Of a DNA stretch of 64,000 bases, positions 1 to 9,838 are shown in pieces. This DNA comes from an uncultured delta proteobacterium (GTDB lineage Bacteria > Desulfobacterota > Syntrophia > Syntrophales > UBA5619). Each line of letters begins with the position of its first letter. The first letter of the stretch is position 1. Where the stretch lies: assembly GCA_963817385.1 (NCBI GenBank), contig CAWFOM010000028.1, positions 1 to 64,000 on the forward strand, given 5' to 3'. The notes below the pieces were generated by a model that had not been told where the DNA came from, did not search any database, and saw only the letters and a program-made list of their open reading frames with translations. The translations under genes and the position numbers were made by a program.

Positions 1-519
1 GCCAAGGGGAGGATCGAACGACTCTTTGGGGTGCTCCAGGACAGGCTCGTCAAGGAGATGCGGTTGCAAGGCATCAAGAGCAAAGAAGAAGCCAATGTTT
101 TTCTTGAGGCATATCTGCCAAAGTACAATGAGCGGTTTAGGGTGTGCCCAGCCGATGAAGCCGATGCCCATGTCAAGCTCCCCCGGCATGTCGATCTGGA
201 TAGGTATCTGTGCATCAAAACGGAAAGGACCATCCGCAAGGACAACACGATCGCTCTCGATGGCAGGCTTTACCAGTTGGAGGAACAGGGCGGCAAAAAG
301 GTGATGGTAGAGGAAAGGGTCGATGGGTCTCTTCTTCTGGTCAGCAAAGGCGTATCCTTGAAGCATAGGGAAATCACGGAAAGACCTCAGAAGGAGGTGG
401 CTACCAAGCCAATCATCAGAGAGTACAACCGGCCTCCCAAACCTTCGAAAGATCACCCTTGGCGAAGTCGATGGAAAATCGAAAGGACAACGTCTCAACG
501 CAGGGTCACGGCCTGTTAA
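1..519 (+). CDS. Transposase, C-terminal part (ISNCY/IS1202-like, DDE integrase fold), truncated by the window edge
   Basis: Reads AKGRIERLFGVLQDRLVKEMRL..GI..EEAN.FL..YLPKYNERF from base 1 and ends in KP..DHPW, typical of this family. Confidence 0.85.
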   Translation, partial: AKGRIERLFGVLQDRLVKEMRLQGIKSKEEANVFLEAYLPKYNERFRVCPADEADAHVKLPRHVDLDRYLCIKTERTIRKDNTIALDGRLYQLEEQGGKKVMVEERVDGSLLLVSKGVSLKHREITERPQKEVATKPIIREYNRPPKPSKDHPWRSRWKIERTTSQRRVTAC

Positions 520-576
520 CCAAATAGGACATTTCTATTTTGGTAGGAATAGGACATTTCTCACTTTGGCTTGACA
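1..576 (+). mobile_element. Right part of an insertion sequence ending in ...GGCTTGACA
   Basis: Two direct copies of AATAGGACATTTCT (523-536, 548-561) follow the transposase stop, then a terminal TGACA at 572-576; this is the TGT...ACA end architecture with repeated transposase-binding sites. Confidence 0.75.
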
Positions 577-639
577 GTGATTATTTTTTCATTGATTCCC
601 GCGGCCGTGCATAGTACGCTTCAGCGGAGCGGGCCAAGA

Positions 640-750
640 ACTTCGAAGAGCGGCAGACGGGAGAAATACGTTCAGCACGCCTGCCCCGGACTCGAACCGG
701 GGAGCTTTACGGCGCAAAGCCGCAGATGAGCGTTCTTCAACAGCCTGTTA
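640..750 (-). repeat. Degenerate MITE/REP-like element related to the one at 39447
   Basis: Reverse complement starts CAGGCTGTTGAAGAACGCTCATCTGC, versus CAGGCTGTTGAAAAACGCTCATCTGC at 39448; internal hairpin GCCTGCCCCGG..CCGGGG at 679-702. Confidence 0.6.
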
Positions 751-776
751 AACGAGTTCCGGCATAGGCAGCCTCA

Positions 777-1902
777 ATGAACGATGATTTGGCACTCGTA
801 TTAAGCGGAGGGGGCGCGCACGCGGCCTATCAGGTGGGTTTCCTGCGCTGCCTTGCCGATCATTTTCCCGACCTCCGTATCCCCATCCTGACGGGCATTT
901 CCGCCGGCGCCATCAATGCCGCCTTCATCGCCAACTATCGGGGGACGTTTGCCGAATCGATCGATGCCCTCAGCTCCTTCTGGCAGCGCCTCAGCATCGG
1001 CCACGTTTTCAGGACGGACGCCGGAAGTCTCGCCAAGAATCTCTTGCATTGGGGGGTCCATCTTCGTCTCCGGGCGCATCTCCGAGATGCACTCCCAGGG
1101 GCTGGTCGATACCGCGCCGCTGCGGCTGCTGCTGGAGGAGGGGCTCGTTGCAGCGGACGGCGGGATGGCCGGCATCCGCGAGAACATCAGGCAGCAGAAG
1201 CTCAAGGCCATCGCCATCACGGCCACGAATTACGCGACCGGCCAGAGCGTGACGTGGGTCCAGGGAAAGAATTTCGAAATCTGGGAACGGCCCGACCGGC
1301 ACAGCGTGATGACGGAGATCACGGTGGAGCAGATTATGGCTTCCACGGCGCTGCCCATTTTGTTTCCGGCAGTGAAGATCGGCGATTTCTGGTACGGCGA
1401 CGGCGGCATTCGGCAGTATGCGCCGCTCTCGCCCGCCCTGCATCTCGGGGCAGGACGGATCCTGGCCGTCTCAACCCGCTACAAGCCGTCCCTGGAGGAG
1501 GCAAGATCCGCCGCCCACAGGGAATATCCCTCCATCGCCCATATCATGGATATCCTCATGAGCGCCGTTTTTGTCGAGCACCTGGACCAGGACGTGCTGG
1601 GTCTGGAGCGGGTCAACCGGCTGCTGGAACATGAAGCGATGCAAAAAGACCTCAAACTGCGACTGGTCCGCGCATTCACGCTGCGCCCCTCCCTCAATCT
1701 GAGCAGGATCGCGGGCAAGTTCGAACCCGATCTGCCCCGGCCGTTCCGTTTCCTGACCCGGCGGTTCGGCACCCACACGACGGAAAGTTTTGACTGGCTC
1801 AGCATGGTCATGTTCGATGCGCGGTATATCAAAACCCTCATGGATATCGGGGAGGCCGATGCCCGAGCCCGGATAGACGAAATCTCGGCATTGCTGACCT
1901 GA
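777..1902 (+). CDS. Patatin-like phospholipase (frameshift near 1055)
   Basis: LSGGGAHAAYQVG, GISAG nucleophile elbow and YGDGG motif spread across two overlapping frames. Confidence 0.9.
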
Positions 1903-2030
1903 TCTCTCCGCCGCAGACTCCTCCATCCGGGTGCGTTTCAAGGGTCGGCGGCGCCTGATCGCGGCGCTTCCGGTCCGAGGCTGCCGGACCCTTTCACCGC
2001 GTGGCGTGAAGAAGACAACGGGAGGCGGTC

Positions 2031-2873
2031 ATGGGTATCATGGATTACTTCCGGCCGGTGCAAACCTGGCCGCCGCCGAAGGTCCGGGAATTTCTGAAGG
2101 AGCAACGATCCGGATCAATACAACCTCGTCGATGTGCGTCAGCCGGAAGAGTATGAGAAGGCGCACCTGCCGGGCGCCAGGCTGATCCCGCTGGGCGATC
2201 TCCCCAAACGGCTGGCTGAGCTTGATCCCCGAAAACCCACCATAACCTATTGAGCGGCGGGTGGACGCAGCCGTGCCGCTGCATCGATTCTGTCCCGCGC
2301 CGGTTTCAGGCAGGTCTCCAGCATGGAAGGGGGAATCAACGCCTGGAATGGCGTCGTTGCCGAAGGGCTCCCCGGGCAAAGCCTGAGCTTCTTCGCATCC
2401 GCACGCTCGGCCGAAGAGTACATCGCCCTGGCCTGGCTCCTGGAAGACGGAACGAACGTGTTTTATCGAAGCATCGGCGAAATGCCTGCCGGGCGTGAGG
2501 CGGCCGCGCTCTTTCAGGAGCTCTCCGTCGCCGAAGAGCATCACAAGGCCCTCCTCGACGATCTCAGCTTCAGGTTTTCGCAAAAGAGGATCGATCCCGA
2601 TTCGCTGCGCTTGACCATTTCCGGTCTGGAGTCCGGACGCTACATCGAGGGCGGGCTTAGCCTGGAGGAGGCGATTCACCGGGCAGAGGGGAGGAAGACA
2701 GCCGACATCCTGGAGATGTCGATCACCCTCGAAGCGAATGCATTCGACCGCTATCTTTTCATGAGGCAGGAGATGACGGATGCGCGGGTGAAAGAGGTGT
2801 TCACCGTTTTATCGAACGAGGAAAAGACGCCACCTGGAAAGACTCTCCGAATTTTCTCGTCCGGCTCAGGTAA
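2031..2873 (+). CDS. Rhodanese domain plus rubrerythrin/ferritin-like domain fusion; probable selenoprotein (UGA at 2251-2253); end approximate
   Basis: DVRQPEEYEKAHLPGA...KPTITY-TGA-AAGGRSRAAA...MEGGINAW in one frame; ExxH di-iron-type motif (EEHH) downstream; GGAGG RBS before 2031; frameshifts near 2103 and 2830. Confidence 0.8.
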
Positions 2874-3083
2874 CGGTATCGCCGTGGCGTCACCGGCGGG
2901 AGGAGGCACGGCTGGTGACTACCCAGGGCATCCCGCTATTTTGCCGGTAGTTTTCCCCTGCCTTTCTGCTTCCATTCAATCCACATTGATTTTCGCCGGG
3001 AAAGGAGGATGATTTTGCCGTAGGCTCTTAAAGGCGGCAGCGGGGAGGCGCCCATGAGAGACACCCTTTTCAGGAAGCACGGA

Positions 3084-4238
3084 ATGGCCGACACCATCAG
3101 GGCGCTCCTGACTACCTTTCTTGCAGTTACTTTTGTGGCCTGCAGCGGCGGTGGGGGCGGTTCGGCCGGAACGCCCTCCTCTTTCCCCCCCACCATTTCT
3201 CTGACGCACTTCGCCGGTGGTCTTGCGCGACCGGTAGCCATCACCCATGCCGGGGATGGAAGCGGCCGGCTCTTCGTAGCCGAGCAGGGAGGGCTGATAA
3301 GAATTCTCAGCAGCGGCGTTGTCGCCCCTGTTCCCTTTCTCGACATCTCAAACCTCGTCACGCCCGCCGGAGGCGAGCAGGGGCTGCTGGGGCTGGCCTT
3401 TCCGCCCGGCTTCAACGTCCGCCGCTCCTTTTACGTCAATTACACCAATCGGACCGGCGTCGGCAATACCGTCATCGCCCGTTTCAACCTTACGGCCGAC
3501 GCCAACCGCGGCGACCCCGCCTCCCGCCAGGAGCTGATGAACATCGTCCAGCCCTTCGCCAATCACAACGGCGGACAGCTTGCCTTCGGCCCTGACGGCC
3601 ATCTCTACATCGGCACCGGCGACGGCGGCAGCGGCGGCGATCCCCTGGGCAACGGACAAAGCCTCGCCACACTGCTCGGCAAGCTTCTGCGCATCGATGT
3701 CCTTTCCGGCGTCACCCCGTATGCCATTCCCGCCGGCAACCCATTCGGCAACGAGATATGGGCGTACGGCCTGCGGAATCCCTGGCGCTTCTCCTTCGAC
3801 CGGCAGACCGGCGATCTATACCTGGCCGACGTGGGGCAGGACCTGGTTGAGGAGGTCGACTTCCAGCCCGCGGGGATGGGCGCCGGCGCCAACTACGGGT
3901 GGAACGTGATGGAAGGGAGCCGCTGCTTCGGCAGCCCCATCTGCAGCAGCGCCGGGCTTACCCTGCCGGTGGCCGAATACCTCCACGGGAGCGGCGACTG
4001 CTCGGTGACCGGCGGGTATGTCTATCGGGGGGCTATCGCAGCGCTGCAGGGAATCTACTTCTACGGCGACTTTTGCAGCGGCCGGATATGGGGCCTGCGC
4101 CGCACCGGGACCGCGTTTGAAACTGCGCTCCTGACCGATACGACACTTTCGATTTCGACCTTCGGCGAGGATGAGGCCGGGGAGCTTTACGTGGCCGACT
4201 ATGCGACCGGCGATATCTACCGGGTAACGTCGCCGTAA
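3084..4238 (+). CDS. PQQ-dependent sugar dehydrogenase (glucose/sorbosone dehydrogenase family), probable lipoprotein
   Basis: GGEQGLLGLAF, NHNGGQLAFGPDG, YGLRNPWRFSFD motifs; FVAC lipobox-like sequence. Confidence 0.9.
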   Translation: MADTIRALLTTFLAVTFVACSGGGGGSAGTPSSFPPTISLTHFAGGLARPVAITHAGDGSGRLFVAEQGGLIRILSSGVVAPVPFLDISNLVTPAGGEQGLLGLAFPPGFNVRRSFYVNYTNRTGVGNTVIARFNLTADANRGDPASRQELMNIVQPFANHNGGQLAFGPDGHLYIGTGDGGSGGDPLGNGQSLATLLGKLLRIDVLSGVTPYAIPAGNPFGNEIWAYGLRNPWRFSFDRQTGDLYLADVGQDLVEEVDFQPAGMGAGANYGWNVMEGSRCFGSPICSSAGLTLPVAEYLHGSGDCSVTGGYVYRGAIAALQGIYFYGDFCSGRIWGLRRTGTAFETALLTDTTLSISTFGEDEAGELYVADYATGDIYRVTSP

Positions 4239-4260
4239 ATGGACACCAGTGTTAACGGGA

Positions 4261-4684
4261 TCAACTCTTATTCACCGTCCTTCTCTTCTGTTTTCCCTCT
4301 CCCTCTCGTTCAGGTTTCCCCTGTCGGGGATTAGATTGAGGGGGTGCTCCAGCACACGCATGAATGAAGTCGGTCAGCTGTTTCTCGTTCAGGCCCATGC
4401 CCGGGACGCCGTCCAGCCGTCTTGAAACTTTTCCCTTCTCAAAGAAAAGCGCGGTCGGCACGATTTCCACCGAATAGTTATCCCCGATGCATTCCTGATC
4501 GTCCTTCACTGCCAGAAAAGTCAGCCCCTCTCCTGCGGCGTGCCTCTCGAATACGGGCAGGAACGATGCACAGAAGGGACACCAGGAGGCATAAAAAAGG
4601 GCGATCACCCGCTCCTTCGGCCTTCAGCATGTCGTTGAGCCCGTGTTCATCATCGACCATAACGCATTTGTCAGTTATCTTCAT
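4261..4684 (-). CDS. Thioredoxin family protein (frameshift near 4615)
   Basis: FYASWCPFC and cis-Pro VPT motif; GGAGG RBS upstream of 4684. Confidence 0.85.
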
Positions 4685-4770
4685 CGCAGATCCTCCTTGT
4701 CTATCGGTTCTGCTTTTTCATTTTCTACCACCCGGCGGGCCTTCGGTCAAGGCGGAGCCGCCCCTTTTTC

Positions 4771-4799
4771 TTGACAAAGCAGGGCCCTTTTCCTATACT
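4771..4799 (+). promoter_or_regulatory. Sigma70 promoter upstream of pilT
   Basis: TTGACA-17 nt-TATACT. Confidence 0.7.
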
Positions 4800-4940
4800 T
4801 CTACCGCCGTTACGCCGCAGTGCCCGCGCATCCCCGCGGCCGGCGGCGCGCCCGTACCGCTGGATAACCCCGGAGTCGGGAGAGTCACAGCGCCTTATGT
4901 GAAAAACGTGTGTCGGTAGAATCATCCAAGGAGGCCATCC

Positions 4941-6025
4941 ATGGCAAAGATTGACGCCTTTTTCCAGTTGATGCATGACCAGGGGGCATCGGACCTGCAT
5001 CTCGTCTCCGGCCAGCAGCCGGCGCTCCGGCTCCGGGGGGAGATGGAGCGGATCAAGTTTGATGTTCTGACCAACGACGGGCTCAAGGCGATGATCTACG
5101 AGATCACCCCCGAGCACAAGGTCAAGCAGTTCGAGGAGACGGGGGACATCGACTTCGCCTACGAGATTCCGGGGCTCGCCCGTTACCGCGCCAATTTCTT
5201 CCAGCAGCAGTTCGGCTGCGCGGCGGTCTTCCGGGAGATCCCGAGCAAGATCGTCTCCTGCCAGGAACTGGGCCTGCCCAATGTCGTCTCGAAGCTGGCC
5301 TCTCTCCCGCGGGGGCTGGTCCTCGTCACCGGGCCCGACGGGAAGCGGCAAGTCGACGACGCTCGCGGCGATCATCGACGAGGCCAATTCGACGCGGAAG
5401 GACCATATCATCACGATCGAGGATCCGGTCGAGTTCGTCCACCAGAGCAAGAACTGCATCGTGAATCATCGGGAGGTCGGGCGGCACACGAAATCCTTTA
5501 CGGCGGCCCTGCGCGGGGCGCTCCGCGAGGACCCGGACATCATCCTCGTCGGCGAGTTGCGCGACCTGGAGACGATCTCGCTTGCCGTGGAGGCCGCCTC
5601 CACGGGACATCTCGTCTTCGGCACCCTCCACACGACGAGCGCCGCCAAGACCGTCGACCGGATCATCGAGGTGTTTCCCGCGAGCGAGCAGATGCAGATC
5701 CGCTCGACGCTTGCCGACGGCATCCGGGCGGTCCTCGCCCAGGTCCTCTTCAAGCGGATCGACAAGAAGGGGCGCTGCGTCGCCCTGGAGATCCTGATCG
5801 CCAACTCGGCGGTGCGGAACCTGATCCGCGAATCGAAGACCTTCCAGATCCCCTCCATGATCCAGACGGGGAAGAAATACGGCATGCAGCTTCTGGACGA
5901 TGCGATCATGGAGCTCCTCAACAAGGGGTGGATCAGCGGAGACGAGGCGTACATGAAGGCGAACGACAAGACAGCGGTTCCGGCCGTTCCTGAAGAACCC
6001 GCCGACGGACTTCACCGAGGCCTGA
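4941..6025 (+). CDS. pilT: Type IV pilus retraction ATPase (frameshifts near 5335 and 5975)
   Basis: GASDLHL, GPTGSGKSTT, IEDPVE, ALREDPDIILVGELRD, TLHT, AVRNLIRE motifs. Confidence 0.92.
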
Positions 6026-6154
6026 TCCCGGGGCGCAGATCAATAGAGAAGCGGTGCGGCAGGAGCGGAGACGGCGGCACGGCCGGCGAAGCCCGCCGGA
6101 TGAGGGCGGCCTTATGAGCGGCCGGCGTCGGCAACGATCCAGTGCAGGAGGGAT

Positions 6155-7333
6155 GTGATGAGAAAACCGGAGATCGATTATATCCTGGGAAAGATGCTCG
6201 ATTCCCACAAGAATGTTTCTGATCTGAACATCACGGTGGGAAAGCCATTCCAGGTGGAGAGCTCGGGACTGCTCTACGGCGTGGAACTGGACCCGCCCAT
6301 CCAGAAGCTGACCCCTTTTCAGACGGAGATCTTCGCCCTGAACCTGATCAACCAGGACCGGCGGCTGACGGAGATCCTCCTTTCCCAGGGGTCGTGCGAT
6401 TCCTCGTACGACTTGCCGGGCAAGGCCCGCTTCCGCGTGAACATCTTCTCCCAGCAGGGGAATTACTCCGTCGTTCTCAGAAAACTGGAGACCCGAATCC
6501 CGACCCTCACGGAAATGAACCTCCCCGAGGCCTTCCGCCAGATGGCCGAGGAGAAGAACGGGATCATCCTCGTTACCGGCGCCACGGGAAGCGGCAAGTC
6601 GACGTCGCTTGCGGCGATCCTCAATGAGATCAACGAGCATAAGTCGGTCCACGTCGTCACGCTCGAGGATCCGGTGGAATTCGCCCATCCCCATAAGATG
6701 GCCACCTTCAACCAGCGGGAGATGGGGAACGATTTCGACACCTTCGCGAACGGGCTGCGCGCGGCGCTCCGCCAGGCGCCGAAGGTGATCCTCGTCGGCG
6801 AGATGCGGGACCGTGAAACGGTGGAGATCGGCCTGTCCGCTGCGGAGACGGGCCACCTGGTCCTCAGCACCCTCCATACGGTGGATGCCGGCCAGACGAT
6901 CAACCGCATCCTCGGCATGTTCTCCTCGGAAGAGGAGACACAGATCCGGATCCGGCTTGCCGACACGGTGCGCTGGATCGTCTGCCAGAGGCTCCTTCCC
7001 AAGGAGGGGGGCGGCCGGGTCGCCGCCTTCGAGATCATGGGTTCGAACCTGCGGGTGAAGGATACGATCCTCAACGGCGAATCGGAGGGGAAGACCTTCT
7101 ATGAAATCATCCAGGCGGGCAAGGCCTTCGGGATGATCACCTTCGACGACTACATCATTGAGCTCTACCGGCAGGGGCTGATCAGCGAGGAGACCGGGAA
7201 GGCCTATGCTTCCAACAGGGGGATCGTCGGCCGCGGCATCGACAGCGTCAAGAGCTCCATGGGACAGGCCACGACGGACATCGGCAAGCTCGAAGTGGAC
7301 AAGAATTATGGAAAACCGGCGAGACGATTTTAG
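6155..7333 (+). CDS. pilU: PilT/PilU family ATPase (second paralogue)
   Basis: GATGSGKST, LEDPVE, ALRQAPKVILVGEMRD, TLHT; tandem with pilT. Confidence 0.8.
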   Translation: MMRKPEIDYILGKMLDSHKNVSDLNITVGKPFQVESSGLLYGVELDPPIQKLTPFQTEIFALNLINQDRRLTEILLSQGSCDSSYDLPGKARFRVNIFSQQGNYSVVLRKLETRIPTLTEMNLPEAFRQMAEEKNGIILVTGATGSGKSTSLAAILNEINEHKSVHVVTLEDPVEFAHPHKMATFNQREMGNDFDTFANGLRAALRQAPKVILVGEMRDRETVEIGLSAAETGHLVLSTLHTVDAGQTINRILGMFSSEEETQIRIRLADTVRWIVCQRLLPKEGGGRVAAFEIMGSNLRVKDTILNGESEGKTFYEIIQAGKAFGMITFDDYIIELYRQGLISEETGKAYASNRGIVGRGIDSVKSSMGQATTDIGKLEVDKNYGKPARRF

Positions 7334-7347
7334 AGGGGGAGCGGGAG

Positions 7348-7863
7348 ATGGAAGAGGAAAAGACCCTGGTGAATGAAGTGGCGTCTGAAGATTACGACGC
7401 CGCGGACCGGCCGTTCGACTTTGTGGGAGAGGGGGGTGCGACCGCCCTGGTCTGTGAATCCGATCCGGCCGTCCGGGAGAAGATCAGCGGCAGTCTCAAG
7501 GATCTGGGGTATCAGATCACGGAGCCGGCGACGGCCAAGGACGCCCTCAAGGCCATGCGGTTTCATGTGTTCGACGTCGTCGTTTTGAATGAGCGCTTCG
7601 ATGTGGATGATCCGCAGGCGAACAGCGTTCACCGGTATCTGGAAGGCATGGCCATGAGCACGCGGCGGCGATTCTTCGTGGCCCTGGTCAGTGAGAAATT
7701 CCGGACGATGGACAACATGGCCGCCTTCAACCAGAGCGTCAACATCGTCATCAATCTCAAGAATATCGATGAGGCGGGGAAGATCATCAAGCAGGGGGTG
7801 GCCGACAACAAGGCCTTCTACCACGTCTTTCAGGAGACCCTGCAGAAGATGGGGAAGATCTGA
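7348..7863 (+). CDS. Hypothetical protein with a degenerate receiver-like fold
   Basis: ALVCESD..VREKI...LGYQI...FDVVVLNE pattern with Asn at the phospho-Asp position; follows pilU. Confidence 0.6.
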   Translation: MEEEKTLVNEVASEDYDAADRPFDFVGEGGATALVCESDPAVREKISGSLKDLGYQITEPATAKDALKAMRFHVFDVVVLNERFDVDDPQANSVHRYLEGMAMSTRRRFFVALVSEKFRTMDNMAAFNQSVNIVINLKNIDEAGKIIKQGVADNKAFYHVFQETLQKMGKI

Positions 7864-7893
7864 TACGGTCTCCGGCCGGTCGCGCGGCCAGCT

Positions 7894-7980
7894 TTGAAGG
7901 CTTCGCAAAAAGTCGTAAATCAACCACGAATGACATACCGGTAAACCCCGGATCAGCGTTCGGGGCAGGCACCGGTATCC
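7894..7980. repeat. REP/MITE-like nested palindrome
   Basis: ATACCGGT...ACCGGTAT hairpin enclosing CCCCGGATCAGCGTTCGGGGCAGGC (7946-7970), an inverted relative of 679-702. Confidence 0.5.
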
Positions 7981-8068
7981 GGACGTTTTCATCAACGATA
8001 AGCGGCCTGCCCGAAGGCAGGGATTTCGGGCTGCCATCCCCGCGGATGTCTCCGCAAAAGGTTTTCCC

Positions 8069-9838
8069 ATGGTAAGGTTCGGACCGCTCTTGGCCGCCGC
8101 AATTCTGATATCATTCCTGACATGTTTCGTCACTCCTCTGTCCGCCGCCGAACCGATCGAGGTCGTCGTGGAAGGCCTTGAGGGCGATGTCCTGAAAAAT
8201 GTACGGGACACGCTTGTACTCCCCTCGGGATTGGTTCAGGAAGGAAAGGTGGACCGGCTGTGGCTCGAACGTTTCGCACGGCAGGCGGACGATAAGATCC
8301 TGACGGCGATGGAGCCCTACGGCTATTACAGCGCCCGGGTCACCACCGCGATCGAAGAGGCAGGTGCAGGCGCCTATCGCCTGCGGGTCAGCGTGATTCC
8401 GGGAGAGCCGGTCCGCGTCACGGGGGTGACGCTCACCCTGCACGGTCCGGGCGCGGACGAGGAGGCGTTGAAGAGACAGGCAGCCGCCTTCCCCCTGAAA
8501 AAGGGCGACGTGCTCCTGCAGCAGAGATATGAGGAAGCCAAGGGGGAGCTCCTCGCCCGGGCGCAGGAGCTGGGGTACCTGGATGCCGATTTTGCCGTGC
8601 ATGAAATCCGCATCGCGAAGACAGACCTCCACCGCAGATATCCGGCTGGAGCTGGAGACCGGCAGCCGGTATTTTTTCAACGGGACGAGAATCGAGGGGG
8701 CGTCCGATTATCCCGACCAGTTCGTGCGGCGTTATCTGGCGTTCAAGCCGGGAGAGCCCTTTTCTTATGCCCGGCTCGGGGAGACGCAGCTCAACTTCAC
8801 CAACTCCGAACGTTTCCGGGAGGTCAATATCACCCCGGAAAAAGCGGAATCCCGGGACTTCCAGGTGCCGATGCTCGTACAGCTGAAACCCTCGCCCAGC
8901 AGGAGTCTTCGCCAGGGAATCGGATACGGTACGGACACGGGCGGTCGATTCAATGTCCGGTACCGCGACCTCAACGTGCTGCACCGCGGCCATGAATTCT
9001 ATTCGAATCTTTATATCTCCGAGCGTCTCCAGGGGATGGCGGCCGGTTACATCCTGCCGGACGCAGTGGACATCAGGAGTTCAATCGTGCTGCAGTTCAA
9101 CCTCCAGCAGGAGGATGTCACCACGTACACGAGCCGGCTGATCGCACTGGAACTGGACAAGAACCAGAGCTTCGGTAAGAGAGAACTGGGGACCGCCTAC
9201 ATCAGGCTGCAGCGGGAGGAGTATACCATCGGCGCCCAGGACTCGAGTTCGCGACTGGTCTTGCCCGGCCTGCGCTTGACCGGGGATCATTACGACAACC
9301 CGATCCGTCCCACCCGGGGATTCCGCTATGCCTTCGATCTGCGCGGAACAAACCGAGTGGCTCGGCTCGGACACGGAACTGCTCCAGCTCATCTCCGCGG
9401 GGAGTTTTCTCCTGCCGCTGCCCTGGCGGCTCTCCCTCCAGACGCGGGCCAGGGCGGGGATCACGCTCCTGAGCGATCCGTTGAGCGATCTGCCCCCGTC
9501 GCTCCGTTTCTTTGCCGGCGGGGATCAGAGCGTGCGCGGCTACGCCTACCAGTCCCTCGGCCCGCTCGATGCCACCGGCCAGGTGGCGGGGGGAAAGCAT
9601 CTCCTCGCCGGGAGCGTTGAACTCGAACGGGCTCTCTTCAGCGACTGGGGCGTCTCGGCGTTTTACGACGCCGGCAACGCCTTTGATTCCTTCACCGAGG
9701 TCCGCCTCTTCGAGGGGGCGGGGGTCGGCCTGCACTACTACACCCCGGTGGGCGCCCTGAATCTCTCGCGTGGCCCGGCAGATCGGGGTGGACGATCCGG
9801 GGTTTCGCATTCACTTCACGGTGGGGTTCGAGTTTTGA
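8069..9838 (+). CDS. tamA: TamA/Omp85 outer-membrane assembly factor (several frameshifts)
   Basis: Signal peptide, GYYS POTRA region, GIGYGTDTG, RFFAGGDQSVRGY, C-terminal GFEF. Confidence 0.88.
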
